From Sminthopsis crassicaudata (Eukaryota): a stretch of DNA of 64,000 bases. The stretch lies in contig NC_133617.1 in assembly GCF_048593235.1 (NCBI RefSeq), positions 16,497,607-16,561,606 on the forward strand. The letters are read 5' to 3'. The notes beneath the pieces were generated by a model. It worked only from the letters and a program-made list of their open reading frames with translations, was not told the origin of the DNA and ran no database searches. Shown here in pieces: positions 52,101-59,630 of the stretch. Positions within the stretch are counted from its first letter, which is position 1, and each line of letters starts with the position of its first letter. The translations under genes were made by a program, and so were the position numbers.

Positions 52101-55100
52101 ATAAAAAGATTCCAAGATTATAATAGCAGTTTTACATTTTGTTAGGACCCAAAAAATGTACTCTATAGTTAAAAGCATCTAAAATCTGGTATTACCAAAC
52201 ATTTCCACACTCTTTATCAAAATAGGCCTTAAGTGGTAACTATAGTAAAAGATTTTTATTTTAAAAGGAGAGTATGGGAAAAAAATCCAAGAAAAACAAG
52301 ATTATGGGGAAAAAAAATTAATCAACTAGAAAAAGAGATAGCGTTTTAAACGGAACTGTATGTGCAACTCAATAATTATTCTTAGATAAATAAGCACATT
52401 TTCTTTGTTTTTACTCTAAAAATAAAAGGTTTTTTAAAATGAAATTTACATAAGTTTTACTCCATTTCAACTCTACTTTTACTCCAAATCAAATCTTTGA
52501 AAATTAGAATTGGGCAAGGGGAAATCAGTGAAGGTAGAAAAAATAACAAGGGAGAATATAAAGAATGAAGATACAGAACATAATGTGAATCATCTTATAA
52601 GAAAAACAACAGGTTTGGAGAAGAGCTCGAGAAGAGAAAATTTAAGAATAATTGAACTACCTGAAAGATGTGACCAAAACAGAACCTTGATACAATAATC
52701 CCAAAAAAAAATTGTCCTGGAGTGATAGAACATGAGAGACAAGTAGACAGAAAAAATCCACCACCAATCACCACCTCAAAGAGATCCTTTGTGGAAAACA
52801 TAGGAATATTATTGACAAATTTTGAAATCCCCAAAGAGAAAATGTTGCAAGGAAAAAAAAAATTCAAATATGCAGGAGCTACAATTAGAATTTTAAAGGA
52901 CTTATTAGCAGCCACAGTAAAAGGACAAAGGTCCTAGAACCATATATACCAGCAATGAAAAAAAAATTAGGCTTGTGACCAAAGAAATCATATCCTGCTA
53001 AATTATCCATAATATCAAATGAGGGGAAAAAAAAAAAAAAACAACTTTCATTTAACTTGCAGATTTTCAGGATTTTTTATCACCCAAACCCAAATTTTAT
53101 AGAAAATTTAATATGAGCCAATATTAAAGATCAATTTCAAGGAACTTAACATGGACAAATTGTTTATGCTTTTTATTTGGAAATGTATACCATTCGTTTA
53201 AGATTGACATCTGCAATAAAGTAGCTGAAAAGAAAGACTGAGGCAAAGTTAAGGTTAAAAAATAGTAATAATGTTATACAAATGAGGTGCAAAGGAAGAA
53301 TAGACACAAAGGCATTAGAGAGGGGAGGAGAGCTTATAGTTCTTTGAAAACCTACTCACATAGGGAATGAGTTAAATAGGAAACAATACCTATATATCAT
53401 GAAGTGTTTAATACCCTCCAAAATCTATAAAGAAATAAGGGGGAAGGGATGGGCAAAGGGAAAAGCAAAAGATGGGGGAAGACAGAAAGGGAATAATGGG
53501 AGGAGGTTAAGTAATACCAAGACAAGTTAAAGAACAATAAGAGGGGGGGAAAAAAAAAAGTCAATTTTTAATCCATTAAGGAACAACAGCAATCTAATTT
53601 GTATTTCAAACTAATATAACAAGTTTAAGAGTAGCTATAACACACTATGAAAGACTTCATAAATGACATTATTTAGAACTTGAAGGTGCATAACAAGAAT
53701 TCCAAGACTGTGATAAACCATGCAGCAATGCTTCCTCTTCTCCCAAAACTCTACGTAAAAATATGAATTCTAGACATACCACTACTTTTGGTAGCTCCTT
53801 GTATATCTGTTTCACAAAGTCCAGAAAATGATGAATCTAAAAGCATTCATAATAAAAAGATTTTTAATATGTAATGTAAATAAACACATTTAATAATTCT
53901 AAAAAATATATACTTCTCTGTAGTTTCATTAAATTAACTGTTCTAAAAGTAACACAATACAATTTATTAAGTTATTTCACACAATATTCAAGACAAATCC
54001 TCTTTCAAAAATCCACTGAAATTTTCTACTCCATATTTACAAAATTTTCACTTAAAACAAACATTCCTCTCAAATAAGCAGGGAAACATACGTATGAGAT
54101 TACCCAAATTAGAGCACATTGAAATTAACCCACAAATGCTCACAAAATAAAAACTTACTTCTTGTGTGATTGTTGGACGGAACTGTTTGTGCAACTCAAT
54201 AATTATCCTTAGACAAATAAGCACATTTTCTTCGTTTTCAGTCTAAAAATAAAAAGGTTTTTAAAATGGAATTTACTTTACATAGTAAAATTTTAGTCCA
54301 TTTCAAATATAGAGGCTATAAAAACTATTTCCCCAACAATTCCATTCCAAAAACATCTGGCCAAAAAATGTTTAATTAATAGAGCAAGACTTATAAGGTC
54401 CAGAGCATTGAGTGAGTGGTTGCCCTGATTCAAATAAAGACTAATCATAGATTGTCAGAGTAAATATATTAACTTTTAACTAAAAAAAATAATAATTCAG
54501 AGACTAAGACGTAAGAAAAGCAACACTTTTTAAAGCTTGATGGAAAAGATCCTGAAAATGGTACCTATAAAATTAAATTTAAATTCCATATGAAACAATT
54601 CAAGATTCTATGGAACATCATGATTACAAAAACTAGTAAAAAGCATTACTCTAAACAACATAAAATGAAAATCAAAGGAGAAAGTGTATATCCTCTGTTT
54701 CTTAATCATCATCTCTTCAAAGTAAGCCATTATAACCATAAAGTTCTAGACTAAGAAATAAGATCTTGGAAGTTTTTGAAAGTTTTTTCAGTATTCTGTT
54801 AATTATATTTTTTTTCTAAAAGATTATATAGATCTTAACTTCCCATATAAATTACACTCATCTCTCTTCTTTAAAAAGAAAAAAATCTTAAAGTCTTCAC
54901 TAAACATTTAGATTAAGCAAACAGAATTCTTTTTCACGCAGTTACCTCCAAGAATCGAAACATCACAGACAAAACATTTTTGGTATGAGGACGAAGATGT
55001 TCATTTGTTGGTATTCTATGAATTATCTCAAGAACTAGTTTCCGCAATTGCTAAAGAGAAAGGGAAAAAAATGAACACTTGGAAAAAATTTTTTGATAAT

Positions 55101-57248
55101 AATTAAGAGTGAAACCTTATATTCCCTGAGGAAACTCATTCTGGAAGAGCCATTCTGGAAGAACCATTCTGGCAAAATCTATAAATTTACATTTGTCAGT
55201 CTTATTACTTTAAAATGAATGTGATTATAGCAGGATTTATGAATCATTTTCTATAGAATCTAAAGACATGAACTATAAAATCACCATTTGAAGTATTTCT
55301 ATTCTTTAATTTAATTAAAGTTTATTTAATTTAATTAAAAATTTAATAAAAAATTAAATTAAAATAAATTAACAAAGTTACAATTTCTCTTTACTCAAAA
55401 TTTTTTCACTAAGAAAATTTCACAACCCATCAGCAGTTCAAACAGGACAAAATATGGAACAGTGTGGTATAGTAAAAACAAAAAAAACAAAAAAAGTATT
55501 ACACGAGGAGGCAAAGAATTTTTGCTTTTTGTCTTAGCTCCCACAGGGCATGCATGAGTATGGTACTTCTCTGGTTTAAACCTCAGTTTCTAAATCAATG
55601 TCTCACTGATATTCTAGGATCATGAATTTGTGATTCTTGATTTAGAATAATTGGACAGGGAAGTAGAAGAGTAGAGATGATGTCTACGTTTAGCATCTGA
55701 CACACTTTCTCCTCCCATCCCCCAATCCTTCAAATAACTTATCAGAGGCACCAAAAATATTGATATTGAAAGATTAAGAATGGATCCAGTGATGAAGCAT
55801 TTCAGGAACTATAAATTTCATGCTTTCAAAGCCATCTAAGATCAAAAGTTTGGGGGTATCCCAAACTTTAAAAGTATATCAATATAATTGTTTGCATCCA
55901 GAGCACAGTAAAAATCTTACTTGAACTGTTTCAATAAATAACATTTTTACTATGTGATGACTCATACTTAAAATAACTTAAGTGTATATCTTTAACCGAT
56001 GACTAGTCATTAAACCTATTCAAGGAACATTGATAGAGTATCTACTATATGCAAGGCACCACATTGATATAGTGTTAACAACTAAAAGGGATCACTTCTA
56101 CCTCAAAACTTAGTGGAGCAGGAAAGGGCACTTTTTTTTTTTTTTTTAGTACAAAGTATTCATTTTATTCTTTCTAGCATAAAAACTCAAGCCTGTTCTT
56201 TCAGAAATCCTGAGGTATCAGAAATCCCAGATCAGTGGAGGCAAGAAGGAAGAGCTCCCACTGCCCCTCTTAGCTACTATGTGTCTCATTAGGATTGAAG
56301 GCCCTAAGGAGAAAACTCATTGTTTCATTACTACAGCATGATAACACTGCTAATCTCAAAGGAAGAAAACAGGCAAATGGGGTACTTCACCTACAAGAAA
56401 TGGTCCATGGTCAGTAGAAAAATGTTTTATGGACTAGAGTTAATTTCAAGATTGCTGACAGGTTTTTGTTAGTAAATGGAAACATCTTTGGCATCTGCAT
56501 TTTAAAACAAGAAAACCAAGTCTTTCAGGGCATGGGAACAGCATGAACAAAGACATGGAAGTAAAAAAGACTAAGATGTGTTTGGGGAATGGTTCCCAGT
56601 GTGACTAAGTGAAGGAGAAAAGTGTGATTATAAGCCTGAATACTGGGCTGGAGCCAAATTGTGAAAGGCTTTGAATGCTAAACTAAGGAGCTTGGGTTTT
56701 TTTCAGGCAAGCAAAGCAAAACAACAAATGATATCTGAAAAGGGCAATTATTTGATCAAAACTATGCATGAAGATGAATCTGGCAACAATGCCTAGGCAA
56801 TGCATAGAGAAGAGATTAAAGCACAACCAACCAATTTAAATGGCCATTGATAATCTAGATAAAGTCACAGTAATAATTTAGTGAATAATTAAAATGAAAA
56901 AAAAAAAAAAATTAAAAAAAGGTAGATAGGAAACAAAGCATGCATTCACCAAAGCACATGAGCAAATTATATTAAAAAATTGTTATCAATTAAACAGTAT
57001 GTTGTTATCTTCAACAAAGAAATTCTCACTGATTTTTAAACTATATCATGAACTTTCTATTTGTGTAGTCTTTTTAAAAATGAGTTCTCTTTTTTTTTTT
57101 TTTTTTAGTAGGATAACTGACATTTTAAAGAATTTACCTGTGCTGGTTTCTCTTGCAGAAACTGAACTTCTCCATCTTGTAGAAATGTAAGAAATCGAGG
57201 AATAATATGCTCTAGGAATGTAGAATACTGAGGGGATGATGTTACATT
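3978..57248 (-). CDS. TRRAP: TRRAP (transformation/transcription domain-associated protein, PIKK-family pseudokinase scaffold of SAGA/NuA4-TIP60); partial multi-exon CDS covering the N-terminal HEAT-repeat half, gene extends past both window edges
   Basis: 42 exons with GT-AG boundaries join into a continuous 6,565-nt frame whose peptides match vertebrate TRRAP as I recall it (e.g. [59 protein letters not shown]). Confidence 0.99.
4811..5024 (-). CDS. TRRAP: TRRAP exon ~45 ([11 protein letters not shown]...FPTEP)
   Basis: 214 nt, tag / gtatga. Confidence 0.96.
5265..6150 (-). mobile_element. L1 3' fragment (ORF2 end / 3'UTR), sense to TRRAP
   Basis: Reverse complement matches the L1 copies at 31289 and 35822 (cccatcaattggggaatggctgaacaa). 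Boundaries approximate. Confidence 0.8.
7546..7692 (-). CDS. TRRAP: TRRAP exon ~44 ([11 protein letters not shown]...KLLMTV)
   Basis: 147 nt, tag / gtaggt. Confidence 0.96.
8113..8223 (-). CDS. TRRAP: TRRAP exon ~43 ([11 protein letters not shown]...RIACQ)
   Basis: 111 nt, tag / gtatga. Confidence 0.96.
8459..8523. repeat. (TA)n microsatellite
   Basis: About 32 TA units with one interruption. Confidence 0.97.
8906..9040 (-). CDS. TRRAP: TRRAP exon ~42 ([13 protein letters not shown]...[12 protein letters not shown])
   Basis: 135 nt, tag / gtaaga; carries the basic KRG...KRFR motif. Confidence 0.96.
9148..9306 (-). CDS. TRRAP: TRRAP exon ~41 ([11 protein letters not shown]...IKDQQ)
   Basis: 159 nt, tag / gtagga. 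Confidence 0.96.
9394..9613. repeat. Tandem duplication, two ~110-bp units (9394-9502, 9503-9613)
   Basis: Units differ by one substitution, one 1-bp indel and poly(A) length. Confidence 0.95.
9896..9959. repeat. (GT)32 microsatellite
   Basis: Uninterrupted GT run. Confidence 0.97.
10379..10585 (-). CDS. TRRAP: TRRAP exon ~40 ([11 protein letters not shown]...VQHFK)
   Basis: 207 nt, tag / gtacgt. Confidence 0.97.
11374..11640 (-). CDS. TRRAP: TRRAP exon ~39 ([11 protein letters not shown]...KIVLQ)
   Basis: 267 nt, tag / gtacct. Confidence 0.97.
12131..12295 (-). mobile_element. WSINE1-like marsupial CORE-SINE with poly(A) tail
   Basis: Reverse complement of gggcagttaggtggcgcagtggatagagcacc...aagtcacttgacccc...A28; imperfect flanking duplication aata(t/c)ctttt. 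Confidence 0.85.
12775..12903 (-). CDS. TRRAP: TRRAP exon ~38 ([10 protein letters not shown]...SVFITK)
   Basis: 129 nt, tag / gtggta; a second donor lies 3 nt further (see findings). Confidence 0.92.
13263..13461 (-). CDS. TRRAP: TRRAP exon ~37 ([11 protein letters not shown]...ELKAK)
   Basis: 199 nt, cag / gtaaag. Confidence 0.96.
13766..13947 (-). CDS. TRRAP: TRRAP exon ~36 ([12 protein letters not shown]...LLNYC)
   Basis: 182 nt, cag / gtaggt. Confidence 0.96.
14045..14209 (-). CDS. TRRAP: TRRAP exon ~35 ([11 protein letters not shown]...FQAIK)
   Basis: 165 nt, tag / gtaatt. Confidence 0.96.
14864..14983 (-). CDS. TRRAP: TRRAP exon ~34 ([11 protein letters not shown]...SRMFM)
   Basis: 120 nt, cag / gtaatt. 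Confidence 0.96.
15255..15374 (-). CDS. TRRAP: TRRAP exon ~33 ([11 protein letters not shown]...RAMLIE)
   Basis: 120 nt, tag / gtaaaa. Confidence 0.96.
15891..16039 (-). mobile_element. WSINE1-like SINE with short 3' internal deletion
   Basis: Same A-box/B-box/core sequence; lacks the aagtcacttaacccc segment. Confidence 0.8.
17487..17507 (-). CDS. TRRAP: Alternative 21-nt microexon (PAMEGVE)
   Basis: tttggttcag|CCT GCC ATG GAA GGG GTA GAG|gtgaga; I recall SDGN-PAMEGVE-EMKICS in some vertebrate TRRAP isoforms. Confidence 0.85.
17636..17689 (-). CDS. TRRAP: Alternative 54-nt cassette exon ~32 ([18 protein letters not shown])
   Basis: cctcag| ... GAG|gtgaga; peptide matches the [18 protein letters not shown] insert I recall in the long human isoform. 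Confidence 0.92.
18778..18798 (-). CDS. TRRAP: Candidate alternative 21-nt microexon (EMYLNSE)
   Basis: Minus strand ttcttctttctttttttcaag|GAA ATG TAC TTG AAT TCA GAG|gtgagc: strong pyrimidine tract, frame-preserving, no stop, phase 0/0. Confidence 0.65.
19445..19447 (-). other. TRRAP: Candidate 3-nt microexon (CAG, Gln) or AG|GT recursive-type splice site
   Basis: Minus strand reads ggtttttag|CAG|gtaatcactaac; no peptide I recognise supports it. Confidence 0.3.
20110..20178 (-). CDS. TRRAP: TRRAP exon ~31 ([23 protein letters not shown])
   Basis: 69 nt, tag / gtaagt, ends phase 0. Confidence 0.96.
20950..22340 (+). mobile_element. Old L1 fragments (ORF1-like and 3'UTR-like pieces)
   Basis: Purine-rich decayed coiled-coil ORF1-like sequence (gattccttgaaaaacagaac, aacattagattctctgaaaaccatg); boundaries approximate. 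Confidence 0.5.
23031..23201 (-). CDS. TRRAP: TRRAP exon ~30 ([11 protein letters not shown]...CDQMM)
   Basis: 171 nt, aag / gtaagt. Confidence 0.96.
23664..23785 (-). CDS. TRRAP: TRRAP exon ~29 ([10 protein letters not shown]...ACMRK)
   Basis: 122 nt, aag / gttagt. Confidence 0.95.
25020..25650 (+). mobile_element. L1 3' fragment (interrupted by SINE), itself inside an L2
   Basis: cccatcagttggagaatggctgaataaattgtgg...gatgatttcagaaaggcctggagagacttacatgaactgatg, shared with the other L1 copies. Confidence 0.88.
25207..25338 (+). mobile_element. 5'-truncated WSINE1-like SINE inserted in an L1 3' end
   Basis: A-tail plus 11-bp TSD ctgatgctaag (25196-25206 and 25339-25349). Confidence 0.9.
26115..26211 (-). 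CDS. TRRAP: TRRAP exon ~28 ([12 protein letters not shown]...RIAAL)
   Basis: 97 nt, cag / gtaagt. Confidence 0.96.
26990..27151 (-). CDS. TRRAP: TRRAP exon ~27 ([11 protein letters not shown]...KVFYTE)
   Basis: 162 nt, tag / gtatag. Confidence 0.96.
27802..28062 (-). CDS. TRRAP: TRRAP exon ~26 ([10 protein letters not shown]...MEPHKE)
   Basis: 261 nt, tag / gtgaga. Confidence 0.97.
29849..30046 (-). CDS. TRRAP: TRRAP exon ~25 ([11 protein letters not shown]...MDLTGE)
   Basis: 198 nt, tag / gtattt. Confidence 0.96.
30172..30389 (-). CDS. TRRAP: TRRAP exon ~24 ([12 protein letters not shown]...GSKER)
   Basis: 218 nt, tag / gtaagt. Confidence 0.96.
31017..31043. repeat. (CA)13 microsatellite
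   Basis: Direct inspection. Confidence 0.95.
31165..32000 (-). mobile_element. MAR1-like marsupial SINE (two halves, 31165-31273 and 31923-32000) split by L1
   Basis: gaagcacttcctctactaacatagattggcac...gcttgttacacagtc...ggattggaattcatgttttccttactcctaggccagctct resembles MAR1 as I recall it. Confidence 0.6.
31289..31907 (+). mobile_element. 5'-truncated young L1 with poly(A)
   Basis: 15-bp TSD aaaaagctgccagga (31274-31288, 31908-31922); splits a MAR1-like SINE. Confidence 0.92.
32262..32461 (-). CDS. TRRAP: TRRAP exon ~23 ([11 protein letters not shown]...VAQQC)
   Basis: 200 nt, tag / gtaagt. Confidence 0.96.
34095..34163. repeat. (TG)n microsatellite, interrupted
   Basis: Direct inspection. 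Confidence 0.95.
34200..34351 (-). CDS. TRRAP: TRRAP exon ~22 ([11 protein letters not shown]...LLAHP)
   Basis: 152 nt, tag / gtatgt. Confidence 0.96.
34615..34761 (+). mobile_element. Full-length WSINE1-like SINE
   Basis: ggggcagctaggtggtgcagtggatagag...; 15-bp TSD caattgattataaaa (34597-34611, 34762-34776). Confidence 0.9.
35459..35640 (-). mobile_element. Short L1 3' terminus
   Basis: Reverse complement is closely similar to 36383-36550. Confidence 0.85.
35822..36560 (+). mobile_element. 5'-truncated L1 (ORF2 C-terminus + 3'UTR)
   Basis: ataccctttgacccagcagtg...catcaattggagaatggctgaac...A-rich tail. Confidence 0.9.
37104..37304 (-). CDS. TRRAP: TRRAP exon ~21 ([11 protein letters not shown]...QLPMEK)
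   Basis: 201 nt, tag / gtaaag. Confidence 0.96.
37598..37654. repeat. Inverted repeat / hairpin
   Basis: Perfect 17-bp arms ttaaaacaacttcctgc / gcaggaagttgttttaa plus an inner 7-of-8 paired stem and a 6-nt loop. Confidence 0.9.
38565..38821 (-). CDS. TRRAP: TRRAP exon ~20 ([11 protein letters not shown]...RAELMQ)
   Basis: 257 nt, tag / gtaacg. Confidence 0.97.
40212..40377 (-). CDS. TRRAP: TRRAP exon ~19 ([10 protein letters not shown]...PNLLQ)
   Basis: 166 nt, tag / gtaaga. Confidence 0.96.
41828..42019 (-). CDS. TRRAP: TRRAP exon ~18 ([10 protein letters not shown]...NEQMLK)
   Basis: 192 nt, cag / gtaaag. Confidence 0.96.
42447..42641 (-). CDS. TRRAP: TRRAP exon ~17 ([10 protein letters not shown]...KNYALQ)
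   Basis: 195 nt, tag / gtataa. Confidence 0.96.
43067..43164 (-). CDS. TRRAP: TRRAP exon ~16 ([11 protein letters not shown]...ALDIYQ)
   Basis: 98 nt, cag / gtgagt; only a 106-nt intron separates it from exon 15. Confidence 0.96.
43271..43595 (-). CDS. TRRAP: TRRAP exon ~15 ([13 protein letters not shown]...Pro/Ala/Thr-rich linker...SCKAPG)
   Basis: 325 nt, cag / gtaatt. Confidence 0.97.
43987..44221 (-). CDS. TRRAP: TRRAP exon ~14 ([13 protein letters not shown]...LMRMLE)
   Basis: 235 nt, tag / gtatgg. Confidence 0.97.
44926..45063 (+). mobile_element. Full-length WSINE1-like SINE
   Basis: 16-bp TSD aaaaatagtaaaacaa (44910-44925, 45064-45079). Confidence 0.9.
45354..45432 (-). CDS. TRRAP: TRRAP exon ~13 ([11 protein letters not shown]...ARETLR)
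   Basis: 79 nt, tag / gtatgt. Confidence 0.96.
45890..46620 (-). mobile_element. L2 LINE remnant
   Basis: caacaagcatttattaaatgcctatcatatgccaggcactgtgcc is the reverse complement of the L2 3' end. Confidence 0.65.
47121..47259 (-). CDS. TRRAP: TRRAP exon ~12 ([13 protein letters not shown]...TTDLRS)
   Basis: 139 nt, cag / gtatgt. Confidence 0.96.
47859..48006 (+). mobile_element. Full-length WSINE1-like SINE
   Basis: 13-bp TSD gaaaaatgggaga (47846-47858, 48007-48019). Confidence 0.9.
48351..48447 (-). CDS. TRRAP: TRRAP exon ~11 ([10 protein letters not shown]...IIRIYQ)
   Basis: 97 nt, cag / gtaagt. Confidence 0.96.
49074..49162 (-). CDS. TRRAP: TRRAP exon ~10 ([10 protein letters not shown]...QVSAQAR)
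   Basis: 89 nt, tag / gtgaga, ends phase 2. Confidence 0.96.
50143..50305. other. Assembly gap (163 N) in intron ~9
   Basis: N run next to a CT-rich tract; no TRRAP exon is missing across it (exons 9 and 10 join in frame). Confidence 0.99.
50565..50642 (-). CDS. TRRAP: TRRAP exon ~9 ([26 protein letters not shown])
   Basis: 78 nt, tag / gtatgt. Confidence 0.96.
50945..51160 (+). mobile_element. Short L1 3' terminus with poly(A)
   Basis: 15-bp TSD aaaaagaatgaataa (50930-50944, 51161-51175). Confidence 0.88.
51615..51740 (-). CDS. TRRAP: TRRAP exon ~8 ([12 protein letters not shown]...DSETRT)
   Basis: 126 nt, tag / gtaagt. Confidence 0.96.
52262..53560 (+). mobile_element. L1 ORF1 / inter-ORF fragment, interrupted by the exon-6 copy
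   Basis: Translates to [12 protein letters not shown] and [15 protein letters not shown], resembling L1 ORF1 motifs; boundaries approximate. Confidence 0.8.
52351..52470 (-). pseudogene. Decayed partial duplicate of TRRAP exon 6 plus upstream acceptor/intron sequence, inside intron 7
   Basis: 60 of 66 exonic nt identical to the first 22 codons of exon 6 (54177-54242), plus about 55 nt similar to the intron side (54243-54306). Confidence 0.93.
53780..53836 (-). CDS. TRRAP: TRRAP exon ~7 ([19 protein letters not shown])
   Basis: 57 nt, tag / gtatgt. Confidence 0.96.
54159..54242 (-). CDS. TRRAP: TRRAP exon ~6 ([28 protein letters not shown])
   Basis: 84 nt, tag / gtaagt. Confidence 0.96.
54946..55050 (-). 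CDS. TRRAP: TRRAP exon ~5 ([10 protein letters not shown]...MFRFLE)
   Basis: 105 nt, tag / gtaact. Confidence 0.96.
56132..56520 (-). pseudogene. Putative 5'-truncated retrocopy of an unidentified mRNA 3'UTR
   Basis: Non-repeat-looking sequence ending on the minus strand in AATAAA (56164-56169), 16 nt, then A16 (56132-56147); sits between L2-like segments. 5' boundary approximate, no clear TSD. Confidence 0.5.
57138..57248 (-). CDS. TRRAP: TRRAP exon ~4 ([11 protein letters not shown]...LQEKPAQ)
   Basis: 111 nt, tag acceptor, gtaaat donor, phase 0/0. Confidence 0.96.
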
Positions 57249-58118
57249 CTATTTTCCAAAAAAAAAAAAAAAAAAGATATTTTTAACAGTTATTTCTATT
57301 TCAAAATTTACAAAAATAATCATTTATATGTTACTATATACTATTACATGGAGTAATTTATAAGCTATTTTCCAAAGCAATTCTAAGCATCTAATCTGCT
57401 TTAAATGGCTTGGATTACAACTAAAACAAATATTTATCAAACTACAGTACTGAAGACATTGTACTAGACACTATAGATACAAATATGAAAAATGGTACTC
57501 CCTGACTCAAATATCTCTCCTTGGGGAAAGAAGGGAATAAGAAAAGGAGACTAAGACACATAGACAAATAAACAGACATAATATGATAAAAGTAAACAGA
57601 ACTCTAAGAAAATATCAGGGAGAGATTAATAAAACTGGAATAAGGCCCTAACAATATTAGAAAGTTTAGAACAAGATTGTGGATGATCTTAAAACTCTGG
57701 TTAAGGACTCTAAATTTCATACTTTAGATAATAGGGAACCACTAAAGTTTTTAAGCAAGGAATGCTTCAGTCCAATCTAAGTACTATGATCCATGTGGAT
57801 AATGGATTGGAGAGCCTGAAGGTAAGGAAATTATTAGAATGGAGGCATTCATTCAAGTATTACAACAGTCTGTACAAGAGGGCACAAGAACTTGAATTAG
57901 AGATGGTGCTAGGAATGGCAAAGAAGGGAAAGGACAGGTATGTTGTGGAACTTACAGGTAGAATTAAATGGATTTAGCCCCTGATTAGACACCGAAAAAT
58001 GAAGGAAATGGAAGAATCAGATACTACTCTGAGGTTTAGGAGGCTGGTTGACCTAAAGAATAGTGTCATTAATAAAAAAAATTTGGGAGCAGTAAACAAG
58101 TTTAAGATTGGGGGAAGG

Positions 58119-58423
58119 CAACATAAAGAAGATACAACTCACTTCCAGTTGATCAATGATGGACAGAAATAACTACACCCATTGAAGGAACACTGGGAAG
58201 CGAATGTGAATTGTTAGCACTACTGTCTATCTACCCAGGTTACTTATACCTTCGGAAGCTAATAATTAATGTGCAACAAGAAAATGGTATTTACACACAT
58301 ATATTGTATCTAGGTTATATTGTAACACATGTAAAATGTATGGGATTACCTGCCATCGGGGGGGAGGGAATGGAGGGAGGGAGGGGATAATTTGGAAAAA
58401 TGAATTAAAAAAAAAAAAAAAAA
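58119..58423 (+). mobile_element. L1 3' terminus with poly(A), inserted in an L2
   Basis: 15-bp TSD aagattgggggaagg (58104-58118, 58424-58438). Confidence 0.9.
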
Positions 58424-58789
58424 AAGATTGGGGGAAGGAAGAGAAAGAGTTCATAGGCTTGAGTATGAAACACTAGAGGTGAATACCCAAGAGATGCAAA
58501 AAAAAAAAAAAAAAAAAAACCCTAAGGAATTAAGCGCTGATTTGTGATTAAGAAAATAATTTACATAGAAGTGACAAAACTATTTTAAAATACAATAAAA
58601 TGATAATCAAAAGCTAATTCAATTAATTTCAAACATACTAAAATCTGAGTTTTTCTTTCTAAATTATACCCCATATCAAATTTTAAAACAATGATCTCAT
58701 ACAAAAAATTTAAGAATAGAGCATAACTCGTTAATATTAATAATATACTATTCTAATCTTTCATTACCTATTGATATAATAACCACTCT

Positions 58790-59630
58790 GCAAAGCAATT
58801 TGGAATTCTGCCAAGAAAATTATTTAAATGTCCATATTCTTTAATTCAGAGCTTTTACTGTGGGGCAAGTATGTATTCCAATGAGATCAATAACAAAAGG
58901 AAAACTCTCACTTACACCAAACATTTATAACAGCATTTTTCAAGATGCAAAAAACTAAAAACAATGTCAATGTCCATCAATTAGAAAATAGAACAGTTGT
59001 GACACATGAACAAAATAAAATACTACTGTGCATTAACAGTGACTGTGCAAATACAGAGGAGCAGTGAAAGATTGAAGAATTAGTACAAAGTAAACTAAAC
59101 CAAATAAGAGAAAAAAACATGTAATGACTCTAATGTAAATGAAAGAAAAACAAAGCAAATGAAACAGAATGCTGTCAAAAGATATAAGACCAAAATTTAT
59201 CCCAAAGAAGTAATATGAAAAGGCAATCCCCCACATAAATCTTTAAAAAGGGGATTATCAGTATAAATAACTACATACAGTATAACACTTTCCATATATT
59301 CATTAATTTTGCTTAACTGGGTGACAAAAAAGGATATAGTAAGAAACTTAGGTGATTTAAAAACAAAAGATAAACAGAACTTTATTTTTTTTAAATGCCA
59401 TCACTAGATACCTCTCCCCATTTTTTTGCAGAGCTGGAGAGTCTGTGGATGTGGAACATTGCATATATTTTCAAACTGAAAAGTTTGAAGATTTTTTTCT
59501 TCTTAAAAAAAAAAAAAAAAAAGTCCTTATTTCATAGGATTACTCTCTATGGGATGGAAAGAGGAAGGAAGGACACCAGAAAAGCTAGAAGATATAAAAA
59601 CAAAAAATATCACTAAAAAAAAAAAAAAAA
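58790..59630 (+). mobile_element. Old L1 ORF2-end / 3'UTR remnants
   Basis: Decayed aatgtccatcaattagaaaat and gtggatgtggaacattgcatatattttcaaac motifs; approximate. Confidence 0.55.

Noticed and set aside
55134-55170. Three cattctgg direct repeats at 14-nt spacing (HSE/STAT-like TTCnnGAA)
   Set aside because: Spacing does not form a full heat-shock element or STAT site; more likely local slippage.
55394-55412. ttagtgaaaaaattttgag (minus) resembling the 3' end of TRRAP exon 3 as I recall it
   Set aside because: Only about 18 nt, AT-rich, with an insertion and no donor; the true exon 3 is not in the window to compare.
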